DNA of 64,000 nucleotides, the filler included, from Piptocephalis cylindrospora (lineage: Eukaryota), in NCBI GenBank assembly GCA_003614145.1. It is 12 parts of 12 records of this genome, joined end to end, with 100 filler letters (N's around TTAATTAATTAA, not from the genome) between each part and the next. Parts side by side here need not be neighbours in the genome. Positions count along the whole stretch, not along the records: positions 59,571 to 64,000 come from KZ988524.1; 11 more parts are not named here. One strand, given 5' to 3'. Position numbers and translations under genes: made by a program. Positions 59,571 to 64,000 of the stretch are shown here, one piece after another. Under the pieces are notes generated by a model. It searched no databases and was not told where the DNA came from. It saw only the letters and a program-made list of their open reading frames with translations. Numbering within the stretch: position 1 is the stretch's first letter; each line of letters begins with the position of its first letter.

Positions 59571-62500
59571 CCCACCTCCCATCACACATCAAACCAGGTG
59601 GCCGCCCTTTCCTCTCGCTCAAAAGACCCCCAGTCTTTTCCTCCTTCTCTTTCCCCCACGGCTTGTCTTTCCCCCTTTCCCCTCTCCTCTCTTTCTCCTC
59701 CTTTACAGATCGGGTAGGGATTGTAAAAATATCAATCAGAAATTCAATGAACGGGCCGGGAAAGACGCCACGTTCCCTCCATCTCCTGGTAAATTCAAGA
59801 AAACGTCTCTGAGATGAAAAAGGGAAAAGCAGATGGGTTAGAGGGATACTCCTTCCCTAGCCCCCCACCACCTCCACGGATATACCTTGAAACGATCAGC
59901 ATGAATACGAGATGGGATGGCCCGGTAAAGGGTGGCCAGACCTTCAAAAAGACCGTTGACCTTGGCTTCCACCCTGGGAATAATTTATTAGTAGTCAGTC
60001 AAGGAGTATTGCTATTTTCAGCCCCCTGATCATCATTTAACTCACGCATTCCGTAATTTCCAGGCATGTCGAACCGGAGCGCCGCTCGCACGTATGAGAC
60101 CGTCCAGTAACTCCATCCTTCCCACCCTCCATCCTTCCACAGGATCCGGGTACAAGGTACCAACTTGATCCAAGATCAAAGAGACCATCTATAAAAGAAT
60201 ATAAGTAAAAAAAAATGCACCGGACCAAATCCCTCCTTCTGCTTCTCCACTCTCCATTCTTACATGATCAGCAGTATCAGCATGATCCACAGCAAAATCC
60301 AGGATAAAGTCATACAAGGCTCGATCACCCTGGTCAAACTCTTCTAGCCAATCCATGAATCTCGCCTGTTCCTTTGGGGAAAGACGGTCTGGGTCCTCAT
60401 GCCCGATCATATGGGACCTTTTAAGATTCTAGTGATGGGAGATGAGACAAAAAAAATCCATGGTATTCGGCTTGGAGACCGACTATACATACTTTTCCAT
60501 GACCCTCTCCTAGTTTAACCCTTGGAGGTCTCCACAAGGATCCTGAATGGAAAAGAGGAAAGGACTCGGTCTTCCAAGACCTCGGACCATCCCCTTGGGC
60601 AGTGGCGAATAGTCTCCATCGATAATAAACATGGCTTGGAGTCTTTTTATATATATGAAAGCAATAGCGTTTGTTGTTGGAGTCATGAGTAGGATGATTA
60701 ATCGGCTCAGCTAGTTTCGATCAAATACCAATCAGTTTCTTACCCCATGCTGAGTTAAAAACGCAAATTTTGGGTTGGACCGTTCCTTGTGGATCAACTC
60801 CAGCTGAATGGGATAAAGGCAAGATGAGGTGAGGTTATTGTGTACCAAGGAATAGTGATCAATCCGTCTCCTCTCCCTCACCTCCTCTTTACCTCAAAGG
60901 TAGGTCCATAGACAAGAACGTAGGAGATTGTTCGATGAATGACGGCACGCAATTCAGGATCCTTAGGAACCCTTACATGAACCATGGTCTCATTCAGCTG
61001 TATGCAGGGGAGAACAAGGTACTTTGTGAGAGATTGGTTTCCAATTTCAGTGACACACCCAAGACGCACCTTAATATCCGAAAGAGAGGTATCTTCACGA
61101 ATAGGCACGGCACCAAAGGGTAAAGGAGGATCTGTGGACCTTTTTCTATCCCCCCCCGCTCTGCCTTCATCCTCATCCATATCCTCCTCTTCATCATCCT
61201 CATTCCATGGGAAAATGGAAGTGGGGCCCTCTCTTCTCTTCTTCCTTTCCATCTCCTCCTTCCATTTTGGATGGACTAACAGTGGAAGAAAAGGGAAGGG
61301 AATATTCAAGAGAGAATCAGTGGGCAGCCTCTAGGATAGACCTCGCAAATTCAGCTCACCATAGAGAGGAACAGGAGGTAGGGGAACAGCTTTTCCCCAC
61401 CCTAGTTGGATAGGCAATCCCAGGAGGAGAAGGTCATTAAGATGCCTCAAAGCCCTATCGGCGCTGGCTCGGTCCATATAACAGATAAATCCGGACATGG
61501 CCCCGGATCTCATGGCTAATTCGTGCTCTGCAGGCGACCTTGGCCACATGATCTTGATAGAAGCAATGGGACCACAAGGACCAAAGACATCTTTAAGCAC
61601 CTCTTCAGTGGCCTTGAAAGAGGATGATTTGGTTTAGCGTGAGTGCAAGGGAAAGGATACGAGGAAAGAATATCCATGGGATTTCCCTCACCGTAAGAGA
61701 AAGGTTTCCAACATGGATATTGGTGGTGTCCTCTTCATCCTTCGGTTCGGGCCTCCCACCCAATTCTTCAAAAGCTAATGAGAAAGAGAAAAATTAGTGA
61801 CGTTATAGACGATGAAGACCTCTCTTCATTCCCGCAGCCTAGAACATACCAGCGGCAGCGGTAATGGAAAGATCCACGTCCTTTCCCCCACTCAAGGTAT
61901 CTTGCTTCCTTCGGATGCGTCGTTCCCTCTCCTGTTGATCCTGTTTCAGCTCCTCCATAAACACATCCATCTGCCGCTTCTTCTGAGTTCCACCCATGGA
62001 TCTGTGAATCCCTCCGCCTTGGGAGGGAGGCATGCTAGGGAGAGACGAGGCGGATGGGTTACGAGAGGAGGGGGTGGAATCCTCGAGGTGCTCATCTTCC
62101 TGGAAGGCTAAAGGGATGCTTGGTCGGAAAAGCGTTCGTGCCATGGGGGAAGCTCCATCCAGCGTGACGTCTTTCCCATCTCCTCTTCCCATCCGTCTCT
62201 TCCCTGTGGAAGAGGGGTCTACTAATGAGGAACATAAATGTAATCTCAGGAGTGAATGATATGACAAACACTAGAACACCATCTCAATCTCAACGGTCCC
62301 TACCAGGTTTAGTTTGCGTCTGTTCCCTTGAGGACACTTTGACTTCCTCTTGGGGTACGCCAAACTCTTCCTCGAAAGCTGCCAAGGTGCGCTTCATCTC
62401 CTCCTCCTCCCTCTAGTGAAAGCACATGTATGTTTCAGGAAGAAAAGGTTCAGTAGGTGGGGCTTTAGCAAGATTAGCGCTAAACTCTTGCACATCACCT

Positions 62501-62670
62501 ACCTTTTGTCGGGCTTGTTGAGCATCTCGGTGCTTCTGAAGCGGATTCTTCTTGATTGGAGCAATACGAAAGGCCTGCAGCTTTCCTGAGGAAATCTCTG
62601 GTGAGGGAGGTGGTGAGGACTCTTCTCCCTCCTGGCTGGGGGAGGGGTGTGATTGAGTGTGCTTTGGCAT
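59571..62670 (-). CDS. U2SURP: U2 snRNP-associated SURP motif protein (U2SURP/SR140), multi-exon, 3'-truncated
   Basis: KRQMDVFMEELKQDQ, RRM FGPCGPIASIKIMWPR..GFICYMDR..LGWGKAVP, SURP IHRTISYVLVYGPTFE, and CID-like FAVDHADTA. Confidence 0.85.
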
Positions 62671-62984
62671 GTCGATTAGGCTGGGGATGGAAGAAGAAAG
62701 AAAGGCTGTAGCTGTATGAATAGCAGAATTGGAGAGGTCACACATCTTGTGTTGATGTTGGATTTCCCACCCTAAGCCTTAAACTCCTGGGTATTCAAGC
62801 TTGCAATTGTAACATGAGCCCCACTTGAATCATGCCAATGGGAAATAAACCATGTTTCTACCAATCGTCCTTCCTCCTCTCATTCACTCATCTTTGTTTA
62901 TCTCTCACATACTGTCCCATCCGCTCTCCCCCCTCTTTATCCCTCACTCACCCCTCTATCCTCGGTAGGATAGAACCGATGCAT

Positions 62985-63656
62985 TTAAATCAGCTTCTTG
63001 GATTGGAAGAACTTTCGAAGGTAAATCACCTGCCAGATGCCGAGAGCAACGAGAGCAAAGGTGGAGACGAAGCTGAAAAATTGAACGCGTTCGTTAGTAG
63101 ATTCGTTGGTATCACGGAATTTACGCTCACGACGCTGGAGGAACTCGAGTTCCTCGACAATCTCATTGGCCTGAGCCTCCAGATGACGAAGTTCGGCCTC
63201 GAGGGGCTTGAGCTTCTCGGCCTTGGCCACTTCATTGTAATCGACGGCATCGGCGCCAACATCGACGTGCAGTTCGATCCAACGACGGAACTGGACATTA
63301 GGTTCAATGCCATCAGCCAGATGGTTCTGGATGCAGAAGGAGACTTCGGCGTGGGCCTGGGTGGTGAAGGCAATCTTGTCCTCCTTGACGTCGCGCTTCT
63401 TGGCGTACTCGTTGACGGCCTCACTTCGGTCGATGACGGTGAAATCGACCCGCTGGTTCTGGACCTCCTGGGCCTTCAAGGACACCATGACCAGGGTGTT
63501 CCGGGGGACCCACTGATCAAAGCACTCTTTCGCCCCAGAGTGGAAGGGCTGGGCCTGCATATCAAACTTGAGACCCTCCACTGCTGAAGGCCAGGCCAGG
63601 AAGAGGACGAAGGCCAGAGTAGCGAGGATGGGAGAGGAGAGAAGTCGCGATAGCAT
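62985..63656 (-). CDS. ERV25: p24 delta cargo receptor (Erv25/TMED10)
   Basis: Signal peptide, GOLD domain, KLKPLEAELRHLE, RDTNESTNERV, WQVIYLRKFFQSKKLI. Confidence 0.93.
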   Translation of the reverse strand: MLSRLLSSPILATLAFVLFLAWPSAVEGLKFDMQAQPFHSGAKECFDQWVPRNTLVMVSLKAQEVQNQRVDFTVIDRSEAVNEYAKKRDVKEDKIAFTTQAHAEVSFCIQNHLADGIEPNVQFRRWIELHVDVGADAVDYNEVAKAEKLKPLEAELRHLEAQANEIVEELEFLQRRERKFRDTNESTNERVQFFSFVSTFALVALGIWQVIYLRKFFQSKKLI

Positions 63657-64000
63657 GGTAGGCGCGTCTTTTTGAGGAGGGGGGAGAGGGGGGAGGAGGA
63701 GGGGGGAGGAGGTAGGAGGGAGGGAAGGTTACAGGTGAAAGGGAGGAAGAGGAAGGGCGGGAGGGGAAAGAAGACCCAGGGAGGGAAAGCTGGGAGCGGA
63801 CATGGCGTTTGGGAGTCGTTAGCAGCGCCCTAGGCTTGAATGACACTCGATGAGCGATGTGGAGGTAAATGAGAGTGTATGTGTGCGTGTGTGTGTGTGT
63901 GCTAGGGCGTGGATGCGTCGGTGTTGAAATTTAGGAGCGAGCATGTAATCGTGTCTGGCTGGGCTTACCAGAGACGAATTTATGTAAAAATTGATACAAT

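Noticed and set aside
5642..64000. Gene cluster spanning transporters, kinase, F-box and secreted protein
   Set aside because: The genes lie on separate length-sorted contigs, so adjacency across linkers is not biological.

Overview
This is eukaryotic, intron-containing fungal DNA, not one locus. It is 12 unrelated contigs of about 5.3 kb, sorted by decreasing length and joined by artificial 100-bp N/TTAATTAATTAA/N linkers, so gene order across linkers is meaningless. Compact genes, short GT-AG introns and several fold-back chimeras at contig ends suggest an MDA-amplified genome of an early-diverging fungus (possibly a Zoopagomycota mycoparasite such as Piptocephalis; this is inference only). 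Recognisable genes are a taxilin, PP1 inhibitor-2, two tandem PHO84 transporters, class-2 DHODH, a Sel1-repeat protein, eIF1/SUI1, a divergent Ku80, an FLC/TRP-like channel, midasin, a TMEM70-family protein, RPS22/uS8, an SLC35F/EamA transporter, Rtf1, an F-box protein, a TM9SF fragment, a sugar porter, U2SURP and ERV25. The most interesting signals are: (1) a box C/D snoRNA (snR63/SNORD46-type) hidden in the eIF1 intron; (2) a ~1.55-kb, densely hairpin-structured 5'-UTR intron of RPS22; (3) an intronless protein kinase with an N-terminal signal sequence, a candidate secreted effector kinase; (4) an atypical contig with an orphan Cys/His ORF, degenerate satellite modules and a 47-bp palindrome-bearing tandem array; (5) a secreted Kex2-site Tyr/Gly/Asp repeat protein; (6) a dispersed repeat or decayed gene family shared between contigs.
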